Part shown: positions 48,886-61,981 of the stretch, piece after piece
Numbering within the stretch: position 1 is the first letter of the stretch
Layout of the letters: every line of letters starts with the position of its first letter
Origin: Eledone cirrhosa
Lineage: Eukaryota
Reading direction: 5' to 3'
DNA: 64,000 bases
NCBI GenBank assembly: GCA_964016885.1
Contig: OZ024743.1
Span: 352,718,001-352,782,000 of the forward strand
Made by a program: the position numbers and the translations under genes
Notes under the pieces: generated by a model
The model's database searches: none
What the model was told of the DNA's origin: nothing
Seen by the model: the letters and a program-made list of their open reading frames with translations, nothing else

Positions 48886-50236
48886 TATAATGAAAGAAGA
48901 TGGATTTGCTTTTATGGTAATACTCAGTGTTAAACACTTGATTAATGTTTGATGCAGGGGTCTCTGTGTGTGTCTGTGTATATATACACATATATAAGGT
49001 GAATTGGCAAAGTTATTCCCCTATAATTGAACACATACCTCTTTGTGTATTTTTCTCTATATACTGTCTTTTGTGGGTGTATATATATATATTTATTGAA
49101 ACTGACTATGTTGCACCATGGAAAAGGTCATAGAAAGTCACTCACAACATCCCTTGAGATTTTTCAAGAAAGATTGAGGAAAAGGGCTAGCAATGTCTTC
49201 TCATAGGAACACAGGTATACTAAAGAAACCATTCAAAAATAACTTTGTAATGCAGCACTGCTCAAAGTGAAGTAATATGTGTGTGTGTGTGTGGGGGGGT
49301 GGGGTATTACTTCTTTCATTGATCTCTTATTTGAAAGAATGCTAAGTTACAGAACATAAGATACAATATAAATACAACACTAATTAACTAGTGTAAGCTT
49401 AAACTCAGATACAGTTCTCTCATAAATACAGACACAACTTTTGTATACCAAATCCCACACTCAAAGTATTTACCAAGCTGCAGCTACAGTAGAAAACACT
49501 TAAACACTTGCCCAAAGTACTTCACAATAGGGTTGAACCTAGAAACATAGCCATGAAGTAAACATTTTCACCACACATCTATTCCAGTACCCATGAACAG
49601 ATATAACAATATCAAATATTGGCTAACAGTCAATAAGGAAAAAAATATCAAATATTGTGCACACATACAGTCAAACCCACACATACACAACCAAATTCAT
49701 ACATAATAACACGTACATAGATGTGTTTAAGCAGGTATGCACACAAGCACAGACAAACACACACACATACAAAGAGACATGAAAAATATGGCTATTGACA
49801 AAGTACGATATCAGCATATTAAATGGATATGTAATGGAGATAAGTCTATGAAACATAACAATGGCCCAAAGTGATGTAAGCACATTGATTATTAGCCAAC
49901 CTCTCTCATAGAATGTCATCATTTGTAGAAACCATTCCATGTCTGTCAATAATAGAAACATTTGTATTGTTTAACATGCGTCAAGTGATAAACTACCAGA
50001 AGAGAGATTACTTTTAGTGAGGAAATTAATGAAGAAATGTCCAGGAAATGCAACATGTGTGTGTGTGTGTGTGTACATATACATTTATTATGTTATATAT
50101 TGCCAGCAAGGAAAAGCGGACATAAAACGATGATGATATATACATATATATACACACACACATATAATACAATACTTAAGTGTAACACGACCGTCTAACC
50201 CATGCAAGTGTAGAAAATGGATGTTAAACGATGATG

Positions 50237-50285
<49 letters not shown>

Positions 50286-50332
50286 ATGAATGCAAACATG
50301 AGACATAAATATTAATAGTTCATTAATGTTGA

Positions 50333-50388
50333 TCCAGTAACCTATTATTTTAGAGTTCCCTGACATGCCGCCCTTTCTTCAGACTGGA
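50333..50388 (-). ncRNA. Degenerate HHR motif in a (TA)n-bounded module
   Basis: tccagt-CTGAAGA-a-aggg..ctct-aAAAt aatag GTT-actgga. Perfect 6-bp stem I. Confidence 0.5.
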
Positions 50389-50539
50389 AAGCAGTATTGA
50401 AACATTTGAAAAACTGATATATATATATAATATATATATATAATATATATATATAATATATATATATATATGCAAAAGGCAAACAACACAGTACAATGAA
50501 GAAATATATTAGCTTTACACTCGATATAGTAAGAAAAGA

Positions 50540-50577
50540 GTCTTAACATTTCAGACGCTAGTCCTTCATCAGAAAAT
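50540..50577 (-). ncRNA. Minimal HHR motif in a Penelope-like pLTR module (50472-50720)
   Basis: tttt-CTGATGA-a-ggac tagc gtct-GAAAtGTT-aaga. Confidence 0.55.
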
Positions 50578-50730
50578 AGAATGAGAAATAAAGAAGAATT
50601 AGAAAAACAGAGGAAAGTGTGCAGTGGCAGAAACGAAAATAAATTTCTTTGAGAAAAAAAACAGGTGTATTCAGGTCACCATAATGTATGTCTGTTTGTG
50701 TGTTTACTTTTAATGTTAAGACTGTTTTTC

Positions 50731-50911
50731 ACGGTGGATTGGCAGTATCGGTAGAGGGTCGGACGCCATGCTTTCCAGCATAGTTATGTCCCTTTAGGGT
50801 CTGAGTTGAAATCCCATCGAGGTTAACTTTGCCTTTCATCCTTACAGGGTCGATAAAATAAAGTACCAGTAATACACTGGGTAATTGCTGTGCCAAATGT
50901 AGAAACAATTA
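50731..50911 (+). mobile_element. SINE family A, near full length
   Basis: Family match. Confidence 0.88.
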
Positions 50912-53751
50912 TATTAAGCATTAAACTAAGATATATCACCATTCTATTATATTGCTCTCCTGTGTTCTTTTTCCTTGTTGACTTTTCTTATGATACATGG
51001 ACAGTGACAATTTGATCAATGCTAGCATAGATAATAGATGATGAAAATCATAATGACAACAATAACACTGACATTGATAGAATAGATAGTGATGACAATT
51101 GGTGGCAGGTAAATATAATGATAGTGATGGTGAACTTGAGCTTATATAGCAGCTGCATTATTACTATAAAAATACTTTTAAAAAAAATAGACAGGTTTGA
51201 ACAATATACTCCCTGATATATAAAAAGATTAGGTGGTCATAGCTAGATTGCCTTTGATCATAGGGTTGTTTTTTCAATCAAAGCTGATCTGTTGCTAAAC
51301 AACAACCACAACTAACTACTACCAACACTACCTGAGAGTGAAATAAGCCTCCCCATAAAAGAAAGCAATGAGTATTTTTTTGTTTTATTCAATTTCTTTT
51401 CATTCTTTTCAAAATGAAATTTTACATATAGGACTAGCAATATATGAGACAAGACTTGCATTAAGTCATGTAGTAGTTGTCAAGACTACGAGACTAAAGA
51501 ATTGCAGTTGAACTAAATAATCAGGCTGCACTTGAACCTGGATAAAGTATTTGCAAGTGTACAATTTTAGTGAAACATAAATAAATAAATCTATCTCTTT
51601 TGTTTATTTAACACTGTGTGATTACATGGTAGATTTAAAGTACGCGTTGTACTCAATGGTGGGTAGATTGTTGCAGGAGACATTGGCTGTGTACTGCTGC
51701 AATTGCTCACATGACGGTTCATGACATTGAGAACACAGCTTGACACAGACACAGACACAAATTTTATGAATATAATGGGTGAATTAAATACACACCCATT
51801 CACTTTTATTGAGAAGGAGTCAGATATAAGGGTGGGAGGTAAAAGTAATGGATTTTGTTTTTAAACCCTAAAAATGATTTTAAGGGTTGATAATTGTTGC
51901 CTTAATCAAGCAGACTTATGATCATAGATATTCTAACCATGACCATCTTGTCAGTTTCTTCTTGTCTACGTTATCTAATATATCCCTAATTTGTTTTAAA
52001 ATATTGTGATGGTGATTTGAGGAAGATTTGATAGATGATAACCAGAAGCGCCTTTATTGGATTATAGGCAAGTAATTAGTTCTTTTCTTATAGGGTTTTT
52101 AATCAACAGTTCGTCACAGGTACCATTCTCCAATGATCTAGTACCTATTTTTAATGGCAAAGTAAGCTGAGAGATGCAAAATTAATACACAATGAAATAA
52201 TTTCAGTGCATTTGCAAGTATGGCTGTGTAGTTAAGAAGCGGTTCTGAGTTTGATCCTACTAAACAACATCTTGGGCAAGCATCTTCTACAATATAGCCT
52301 AGGATTAACCAGCAATTTTTTAATGTAACTTGGTAAATGGCGATTTTACAGTAACCCATCATACATATGTATATATTTTTAAATCTTTTACTGATGCATA
52401 TCAACAAAGATACAAACTTCACCATCATTTTTATATCTGGCCTTCTATGCTGGTATGGATTGGATAGGATGCTTTGGAATGGTGCTTTATGAATGGATTA
52501 CCTTCCTTATGTCAACCCTCTTAGTTGTCTCTTATGACACACAGGAATACAGTGTACCTATTCTCAAAACTACTATGCACATATAAACATATAACATTGG
52601 TGGAAAAAATGGTGCACTTTGAATGGAATCGTTTGTACAAAGTTACAAGCATTCCCTTATCACTTTTGCCATCAGAAATGTAGTCCATTAGTAATTGCCA
52701 TATTGTAAATGAGTAAACAAGGATGCTGCTGTCCACAAATTAAAGTACTTTTAAAATTTTTTTTAAGATCTTATTTTTTTTTAATACAATAAACAAAGGA
52801 AATCACAGTGTGCCATGCATGCAAAATGATGAATATATTACTCTAGAAGATGCCAAAAATGTTGGGAAAGACCCAGTCCACCTCATGGGACTATTTTTGC
52901 AGATAGACATCTCCAACCTGAGCAAAGTCAATAGGAATGTAGCTTGAGGACCCAGAATAACAGATGTTTTCAACAAATAACCTATCAGAAAGCAGCTAGT
53001 ATTTGTTAGCTTGGAATAATCAGCCTCTTGAGTGATGACCAAATTGCAATAGGAAAATATACACTTAGCTCTTTCTACAAGAAGGAACAAATGAAGTTGT
53101 GATGTTGATGTCTTTCAAAGATAAACACAATTGGTAAAATACATTTCTTTAGTGCTTTTATAAAGTCAGTTGCACCATGAGATGCTCTGGTATGAGAGGA
53201 AGGTGAGGGTCATAAACTACATATCTTGCTGATATGTTATATCAGTTGTACAAACTAAAAACATGCAAGGAACTACAAGAGAAACATAAGTAATGAACCA
53301 AAACAAACTTGATATCAGCTTTTATAATTCAAGAATTGCTGGAGAGATAAGATAAGAAAAAAAACATGTACATACACAGGTAAGAATAGTACTTTCATTT
53401 ATGAACACACACACACTTGAATAGACATATAAAAACACACTGAAGATCCTGTGCCAATTTTGAGTTGTTATACAACTGACGGTCGGAAAATGCACTTATT
53501 TACATAATTGATACTAACAGTATGGCATTGGTGAAACCAGTGCCGGTTCGGGTATATATCAAAATATACCATCATTATGCAGACATATAAACACATATGC
53601 ATGCATAAAGTTGAATATGTAAAAGCAAATAGGTTTCCACCTTCTCTACACTTAGATTATGCATGTATGTACGTATACATGGATATGTGTCTGCATGTGT
53701 GTATGCATAATATACATATCTTGGAAAAATAAATAGATATTTACATATTTT

Positions 53752-53802
53752 TCTCATCTGGCGATCCTGTGAGTACACAGGAAAATTTGCACAGTAACAA
53801 GA
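53752..53802 (+). ncRNA. Degenerate HHR motif
   Basis: tctcat-CTGGCGA-t-cctgtg agta cacagg-aAAA..GTA-acaaga. Perfect 6-bp stem II. Confidence 0.45.
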
Positions 53803-53900
53803 CCCAAGCCTGGTCTTATAGAATATATCAATCTCTATTATGGCATTGAGTACTCATTTTCACAATCATCATTACTATGCATGCATGCATGTATGTATGT

Positions 53901-54424
53901 CGGGTCACTCGAGTGCTACTGGTAACATGTAACCCAGTACAACCTGTCGCATGGTCGTCGGCAACTAAACCGGCAACCCTACCAAGTTTACTTGGTGAGG
54001 AGGGTGATTTTGGACACCCTACAGGACAAAAAGCAAAACCTGACAAAAGGCGGAAGAACTCATAAGAGTCCATGGCCATCCAAAAGTGTGTAAATATGTA
54101 TATACACATGTACCGCGCGGTTAAACCACTTGGAGTGAAGGACCCCTAGCCTTTGTCGGGGCATTCTTCTAGAAGGCAATTCAGGAAACTGGGATAACTC
54201 CGATATAAAACCTGCGGCTCAGTAGTTACCGATGATGTTGATCTTTTCTTCTTTTCGGGTTATAGCTACTGTCGCTCAGAGAGTGGGATTGGCTCAGTGC
54301 ACAGTCTTTCCTCACTTTAAAAAATATCTTCACACACAGGCATTGCACGATAGAATTAATTAATAATTATTAATAATGGTATATCGTGCAATGGCCATAC
54401 TCGATAACGAGGGGGCAACCATCA
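53901..54424 (+). mobile_element. Unclassified GC-richer, hairpin-dense non-coding insertion (possibly a LINE-UTR-derived retroposon)
   Basis: Sharp composition change between microsatellite flanks. Several hairpins; no coding signal. Orientation uncertain. Confidence 0.45.
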
Positions 54425-54739
54425 TGTGTGTGTGTGTGTGTATGTGTTATTCAAGTAAAGGAACATTGGTCGATCAATTAAATGACAGACTGTAGTGTAC
54501 ATCATATGCTCGCTTATAGCCAAACTGCTATTGTGGTCCAAACTTCAACGAGCATATCAAAAACAAAAAAAAAAAAATACATTACAACCTAATATCTGTC
54601 TGATGAAAACATGTCAAAGAGTTATTAGGCAATTATTTTGATGCCTTTGAAATGCACATAACAGGATTATGAAATAAACAAAGGATGTACACATAAAACC
54701 ATCTCTGTTCTTTATAATATACTAGCTAGATAGATTGCA

Positions 54740-55638
54740 GAAGTCACCAAATTCATTTTAGTGACCCCCCCCCCCCCCCCAGCCATAGCTCACATGCTCA
54801 ATGAGATAACAAGTGTGCAGTTGAAGGCTGCATGTTCCATTACAGAGTGAACACAGTGAGTTTTATGACAGTATTCAGGTATTGGTTAGACTGATCGATC
54901 TCTTAGATGGAATTCCATTTCATCGTAATCATCCACCTATAACAGTTATTAAATGCATTGTATGCAGAGGATTGCACAATATTGGAAAATGTTATACAAT
55001 CCGGGCTAATTACGACTCTTCAGCAGGGTGCCCACACAATACCATATCAATCTATAGAGTGTAAACAATTAGCAAGTCCACTAGCTTCTCAGTTCATTAT
55101 CATGCTATCATGTGACCTCCAAAATTGAGGAAGAAGGTTGTGAAAAGGACACACAGATTGGTTGGTAAAATTCAAACAACTAGAATTCCCACCAACAAAG
55201 AACTCCACCATTCATTTTCAAACACATTAAGTCATATATATAGAGAGAGAAATACATAGAAGTATGCAAGAGCTGAATTACAATATAAAATCGAACAATC
55301 AACATTCAATATATAATTAATATATAAAAAAAATATAGAAATGTTCTAACCTTACACAAGAGACAAATAATATATACATTCCGGGAGTCACCAAATTTAT
55401 TTTTGTGACCACCGGCCATGGCTCATACACTTAATGAGATGAGAAGTATGCAATTGATAGCGAACACAATTAGATAGTTAGTGAGTTTTATGACAGTGTT
55501 CGGGTATTGGTTACATTGATCGATTACCTGGGCGGAATTCTGTTTCATCGTAATAATCCGCCCTATTAAACGTGTTATATGCAGAGGATTGCACAATATC
55601 AGCAAATGTTATGCAATCCATGCTAATTATTACTCTTT
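54740..55638 (+). repeat. Two diverged direct copies of a ~270-bp repeat (54740-55020 and 55385-55638)
   Basis: Shared agtcaccaaatt..gtgacc, agtgagttttatgacagt.ttc.ggtattggtta and tatgcagaggattgcacaatat. Confidence 0.75.
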
Positions 55639-55642
55639 ACAT

Positions 55643-55940
55643 CAGGGTTGTGCAACATAGTCCATTGGCGGGCCACTTTTGAACATTGGAACAACTATTA
55701 GGGCCATTAATATTTATTAAGCACTATTCCAAAGATTCACCACAACTTCTTTCCATAACATGGAACTAGGAAATTATAACACACATAACCCTATCAGTGA
55801 AGCCCTTTAGAATAGGTCAACTAACAGAAAATTGTATTACAGTTATGAAAAAAATTTTAAATAAGCCTACAAGGTAAAAATTAACAGCCACAGCAGGCCA
55901 CTCTGACTGGTCTAGCGGGCCAGATTGTGGCAGGCCACTG
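55643..55940. mobile_element. hAT (Charlie-like) MITE
   Basis: CAG...CTG ends; 8-bp TSD ctttacat at 55635-55642 and 55941-55948; gcgggcca subterminal motifs. Confidence 0.8.
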
Positions 55941-55962
55941 CTTTACATCATATCAACTAACG

Positions 55963-56722
55963 TGTGCAGAGGATCTATGTAGACTGGAGAGGAACGAAGC
56001 TTGCATGCTCCGTTGGATGTGTAATAGTAATATACGTGAATGGCAAAGCATAAATGAACTAAGTGAGAAATTAGGAATAAGAGGGATCAGATGCTGTTTA
56101 CTTGAGAGAAGACTACGTTGGTATGGTCACATGATGCGCATGAAAGACGACAGCTGTATAAAAAAGTGCAGGGTGATCAAAATAGATAGTAGCTACGGAG
56201 TAGGCAGACCCAGAAAAACCTGGGACGACTTGATAAATTCTGACCTTACACACTTACACCTCTCCAAGACAATGTCGCTGCACCGAGATCTTTGGTGCTA
56301 CGCAGTAATACAGAAGAGCCGCCTTGCCTAAGTACAAAGCGAAACCTACAGTCAGTAGGCACCTCTTAACCAAAATAGACCCCCATCCCACTACCCCCAC
56401 CCCATCCACACCACCCCTTTCGATGTAAAGTTATGTTGGCACCACAACATCCAGTCCTAAATAAATGAGGTCGTGTAGGTGTCATGACAAAAAAAAAACA
56501 CACAGTCCAGGCTGTAATGTGGCCATGTAGATAACACGGTAAAAACCTCCCAGTCCACACTGTAAACGTGGTTGGTGTTAGGAAGGGCATCCAGCCGTAG
56601 AAAACCTGCCAGACAGTCCTACACGAGCAAGACAACCAATCATGTCTCAAGTGGGACAATCCCCATCTAAACTCATGCTAAGATAGACGTTAAACGATGA
56701 TGATGATGATGATGATGATGAT
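55963..56722 (+). mobile_element. RTE LINE 3' fragment
   Basis: CAEDLCRLERNEACMLRWMC..LRWYGHMMRM..GRPRKTW. 3' UTR with (GAT)n tail. Confidence 0.92.
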
Positions 56723-57002
56723 AGCAGTTGAGCATTAAAAGCATAATGTGGCAAAATTAAATGACTATGTTAGTATGGAATGGCTAATATATGTTGGGTG
56801 AGAAAAGTATCAGAGGAACAGAAAAAATGTCAGAGAAAGACTGAAAAACATGGGGTAAGGGGAGTAATGAGATTAGATCTTAGAAGAACTAAGACAAGAA
56901 GTAACAAAATACTGAATGGCAACCTTGGGGTCAATGAGGCAGCCTTTATCTGGTACCTTTGTCAGCAAAAAATAGTGGCCAAATCTTACTCACATCCCAT
57001 CC

Positions 57003-57385
57003 TACATCCATTTTTCCATGCTGGCATGGGTTACATGAGTTATCCTGTTATGAGCAATGCTAGGTCAGGTGACCATATCTTGCACATACAGAACCGATTT
57101 TGGCTTGGTTTCTACAGCTGAATGCCCTTCCTTGCACCAACCTCATTTACAGTGAGTACTGGGTGCTTTTTGTTGTAACCTACATGACCACTTTACAGTG
57201 TGGACTGGGTGCTTTTGCCGTGATACCTACACAACCACTTTACAGTGTGGGCAGGGCGCTTTTGCCATATATGAACACTTTACAGTGAGCACAGGGTGTT
57301 CTTTGCCATGACACCTACACGACCACTTTACATTGTGGGCTGGGTGCTTTTTGTTGTATCACCATCACAACCACTTTATAGTGTT
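57003..57385 (-). mobile_element. RTE-tail retroposon with about 5 minisatellite units
   Basis: Colinear with 570-1066. Confidence 0.8.
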
Positions 57386-57746
57386 GAAGGTTGCAAAAAA
57401 AAGACACATTGGATGATACAGTCAGAGTATATCATTAGTGTGAAAAAAAGACAAGATGGATATGGCTTGAATGCCTTTGATTATAGATTTAATCAATCAT
57501 AGCTGCATTATAGCTAAACAACAATTAATGTTTGTATAGAAACACAGAGTTGATGGAAAAACAAGGAGAATAGGTCAAAAATGTTATGATGGTGGTGGTG
57601 GCTACAGTGACCTCCCAACACTGCATATCTAAAAGACCAGTAAATTACCAAGACATTTAATTTAAAGAGGTAGTATTAGAAACACTATTAGAACATTTCC
57701 TATAGTTTACTTTAAAAAAAAAAAAATATATATATATATATATATA

Positions 57747-58093
57747 TCATCATTTTTTTTCATCATTTCATTTTACGTCCGCTTTTCCCTGCTTGCAAGG
57801 GTGGGACGGGAACTGATTTTGGCTTGATTTCTACAGCTGGATGCCCTTCCTAACACCAACCTTATTTACAGTGAGTGCTGGGTGCTTTTTTGCCGTGGAA
57901 CCTCCACGACCACTTTGCAGTGGAATGATAGGGACCCCAGTCCCTATCATCTCATTTCTACAGCTGAGTAAACTGGAGCAATGTGAAATAAAGTGTCTTG
58001 CTCAAGGAAACAACACATCGCCCGGTCTGAGAATTGAACTCACAACCTTTCGATTGCAAGGCCAATGTTCTAACCACTAAGCCATGTGCCTCC
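57747..58093 (-). mobile_element. SINE family B, full length
   Basis: Reverse complement of 47369-47716. Confidence 0.9.
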
Positions 58094-58123
58094 ATCATGT
58101 ATATATATATATATATATACATA

Positions 58124-58470
58124 CCGTGACCTCTGGCGTCACGCAGTAATACAGAGTAGCCGACCTCCCATGGGTACAAGCTGAAGCATATAGACAATAT
58201 GCTCCCACACCCTCCCACTGCAAGGTGGTAGTGGAGGTGCCATGGCAAAAAAGCACCCAGCCCACACTGTAAAGTGGACGTGTAGGCACCACGGAAAAAA
58301 GCACCTAGCACTCACTGTAAATGAGGTTGGTGTTAGGAAGGGCATCCAGCTGTAGAAATCAAACCAAAATCAGTTCCTGTATAGGCAAGGCATGGTCAGC
58401 CGACCAGACACTGCCCACAACCAGACAACCTGTCTAACCCATGCTAGCATGGAAGAACGGATGTAAAACT
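58124..58470 (+). mobile_element. RTE LINE extreme 3' fragment (third subfamily)
   Basis: Starts RDLWRHAVIQSSRP..*, homologous to DRDLWRYSV in the main RTE. 3' UTR shared with SINE B. Confidence 0.8.
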
Positions 58471-58618
58471 AGACAAATCTTTACCCCATAAAAAAAAAAC
58501 ACATTTTCAAAGTACTTTAAAACTTTTTAATATTAGAAGTATTCAGAAAGTAAGAAAGTTCTTGATTTCTAATTCCTCTCTAAAACTTGACAGCACATTC
58601 AATATATATATATATATA

Positions 58619-60460
58619 TCATCATCAACGTTTAACGTCCGTGTTCCACGCTTGCATGGGTTTGGACGGGGGTAGTCCCACTTGAGGCAAGAGTGATTGT
58701 CTTGCTCGCATAGGACTGTCTGGCAGGTTTTCTACAGTTGGATGCCCTTCCTAACACCAACCACATTTACAGTGTGGGTCTGGGAGGTTTTTACCGTGTT
58801 GCCTACACGGCCACATTACAGCGTGGACTGTGTGTTTTTTTGTCGTGACACCTACACGATCTCATTTGTTTCGGCCTGGATGGCGCGGCACCAACATAAC
58901 TTTGCATAGAACGGGGTGGTGTGGATGGGGTGGGGGTGGTGGCGGGACGGGGTGTATTTTGTTAGAGATGCCTACTGGCAAAGCGGGTCTTCTCTGTTAC
59001 TGAGTACCGCCAAAGGTCTCGGTCCAGTGACATTGTCTTGGAGAGGTGTAAGTGTGTGAGGTCGGAGTTTATCAGCTCATCCCAGGTTTTTCTAGGTCTG
59101 CCTATTCCGTGGCTACCGTCTATCTTTATTGCCCTGCACTTTGTTATACAGCTATCGACTTTCATGCGCATCACGTGTCCATACCAACGCAGCCTTCTCT
59201 CGAGTAAACAACATCTGATCCCTCTTATCTCTAATTTTTTCCTTAGTTCGTTTATGCTTTGCCGTTCACGTATATTACTGTTACACATCCAGCGGAGCAT
59301 GCAAGCTTCGTTCCTCTCTAGTCTGCGTATATCCTCTGCACACAATGCCCAGGTCTCACTACCATGCAACATTGCTGTTCGTATGCAGGCATCGTACAAC
59401 CTGCCTTTCATTTTTAGGGAGAACCCTTTAGCAGCTAATAGTGGTATAAGCTCTCTGAACTTTTTCCAACCAGTTCTGACTCTAGCTACAGTACTTTCAG
59501 AGCACCCTCCCCCACTGCTGATTTTATCGCCCAGGTAACGGAAGCTGTCCACTATTTCTATAGAACCCTCTGCGCAATTGAAAGAGCTAGTATTTTGTGG
59601 GCACTTGCTGCTACTTATTGCACCAGAACACCGGCCACATGTAAAATCTATGTTCTTAGTTAGCTTACCTGTGATCCCACTACATCTTTTATGCACCCAT
59701 ACTTTGCATTTAGGACATAAAATGGAGTTTCTACCTACGCCTTTCCTACACACCGAGCACGACCATTTCCCAGAAGGGACCGCCGCCTTGTTTTCTTTCC
59801 TACAAACTAGAACTTTGGTCTTAGCCAGGTTAATTTTAAGTCCTTTTGACTCTAGGCCGTGCTTCCATGTTTGGAATTTCTTCTCTAGCTCGGCCATTGA
59901 TTCCGCTATGAGTGTCAGGTCGTCTGCGTATAGGAGTTCCCATGGGCAGCCTGTCTTGAACTCCTCTGTTATAGCCTGAAGGGCAATAATAAATAGTAGG
60001 GGGCTGAGAACAGAGCCCTGATGGACGCCAACTTTTACGCTAAACTCTTCACTATATTCGTTGTTAATTCTAACCTTGCTGACTGTTTCTTTATACATGG
60101 CTTGTATAGCCCTCACAAGCCATTCGTCAACGCCTAGTTTTCTAAGAGCCCACCAGATAATGGAGCGGGGGACTCTGTCGAAGGCTTTCTCCAGGTCGAC
60201 AAAAGCTAAGTAGAGGGGTTTACCTTTAGCTAGGTACTTCTCCTGTAGTTGTCGTACTATGAAAAGAGCGTCTGTGGTGCTTTTGCCTGACACAAACCCG
60301 AACTGCATTTCATCTAGGTCAATTCTCTCTCTGATTAGTTGCGCTATTACTTTTTCCGTGACCTTCATGACCTGGTCGATTAATTTAATGCCTCTATAGT
60401 TACTCCTATCTAGGGCGTCTCCTTTACCCTTATAACAGTTAACGATGATGCTGCTATGCC

Positions 60461-60461
<1 letters not shown>
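58619..60461 (-). mobile_element. Young 5'-truncated RTE LINE inserted in (TA)n
   Basis: Uninterrupted ORF, ~340-nt 3' UTR and (GAT)n tail, with (TA)n on both sides. Confidence 0.95.
58962..60461 (-). CDS. RTE reverse transcriptase with an inserted PHD-like finger (about 500 aa, 5'-truncated)
   Basis: SNYRGIKL, QFGF, FVDLEKAFDRV, GVHQGSVLSP, LYADDL, FRYLG, LHGSETW, LRWYGHVMRM, GRPRKTW. The track N-terminus (60462-60563) is microsatellite read-through. Confidence 0.95.
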
Positions 60462-60531
<70 letters not shown>

Positions 60532-60595
60532 GATAGACAGATAGAAATGTGATGCCCCAGCATAACTGCAGTCTAACGACTGAAACCAGTAAAAA

Positions 60596-60644
<49 letters not shown>

Positions 60645-61981
60645 CGTGTGTTTAAGTAATCCATAGTAAATGTTCTAATAGTGTTTCTACTCTTTAAAAT
60701 AAGTAGTCATTAGTTTAACATTCCTCTAGAGACTGATTCTCTTAATTATTCTAACTTGCTCTTTTGCTACTAGTTAAGTAATACATTTTTATATACGAAA
60801 ATATATTTATATATGTTTACTACAATTTTTAGTTTTATTCTGAAATGTCTATATATCTATATAGCTCCAAGCTCTGGTCTTTTGGTACAATAGTGAGGTT
60901 AAGTGGATGGAATTTGACAACAGATAACAAGACAAACACATTCTTCTGATATTTATGCCATTAGATTCATTCCATTATTCAACTGCTTCAAACATGTAAA
61001 TATTCTTTGATATACTGAATTCTTTTGGTTTCATGCTGTGTATAGTATGAGCTTGTTAAGTTGGCTGTGAATTAGTAGTCATTAGATCATCCATCAAAAT
61101 GCCTTGTTATATTTGTTCCAGTTCATTGTCTTGTAGGTTCAAATTCCACTATGGTCAACTTGGATGGTAGACTTAATCTGTTGCCCCATTTAACACAACC
61201 ATCTGGATTTTGGGTACTTTTAGTGAATTTCCTCCTGTTGCAAGCATTCAGACCTGGTTTCTAGTTTAAGGATACCTTCCTTTCTCCGTCCCTCCTACCA
61301 ACCTTAGAGACTAAACAGGAATTCTAAAAAGTACACAAGAATGTCAGTGCAATGTCCAAAACACAAAACACTGTCCGTCACAAGATGACTCTTTTTCAAT
61401 TAAGAAGTTAGCATCTTATACATATGATGAACAATGAAGTATATTGAGAATTATAATCCTAACAATTTGATTTATTCAGTTCAAACCCATGCAAGCGTGG
61501 AACATGGACGTTAAACGATGATGATGATGATGAATTCATTTACCTAATATTTTTAAACAAGAATATCTAAAGTAATAAGTTATTCTCTTTCTCTCTGGTG
61601 TGTATGTATATAATGATGATAATGATTCAAATTCTCTTTTCATTAACCCTTTGTCATGAATGTAACGGCAGTGGTTAATGAGAAGAACATTTCACTAAAT
61701 AAAACATTTGACAAAATTTGAAAAGAAAAGAATTGAAAGAGAGAGAACCTTATTTAAAAGTTCTAATAAAATCCTTTAACTAATGCTGGGATACAATAAT
61801 AAGGTTTGTTATTTTAGAATTTTCAAACTGATATTTTTTTTTTTTTTTTTTTTAATTATTTTGAGAATGTGACCTGTCCGGTTTTCAATCAGTTTCTGGC
61901 ACTTTGATCTGATATATATATAATTAGCTATGAGCTGGGTTTGAAGTCAGAAACATTATTTCTAAAATACAATTTCATTAT

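Noticed and set aside
53901-53990. HDV-like ribozyme at the element's 5' end
   Set aside because: I could not build the P1/P2/P3/P1.1 nested pseudoknot by eye.
54594-54620. HHR lacking stem II (CTGATGAaaacatgtc)
   Set aside because: It is too short and degenerate to distinguish from chance.
60462-60563. N-terminus of the 533-aa ORF
   Set aside because: It is read-through of (TA)n/(CA)n and an unrelated repeat; the LINE is truncated at 60461.
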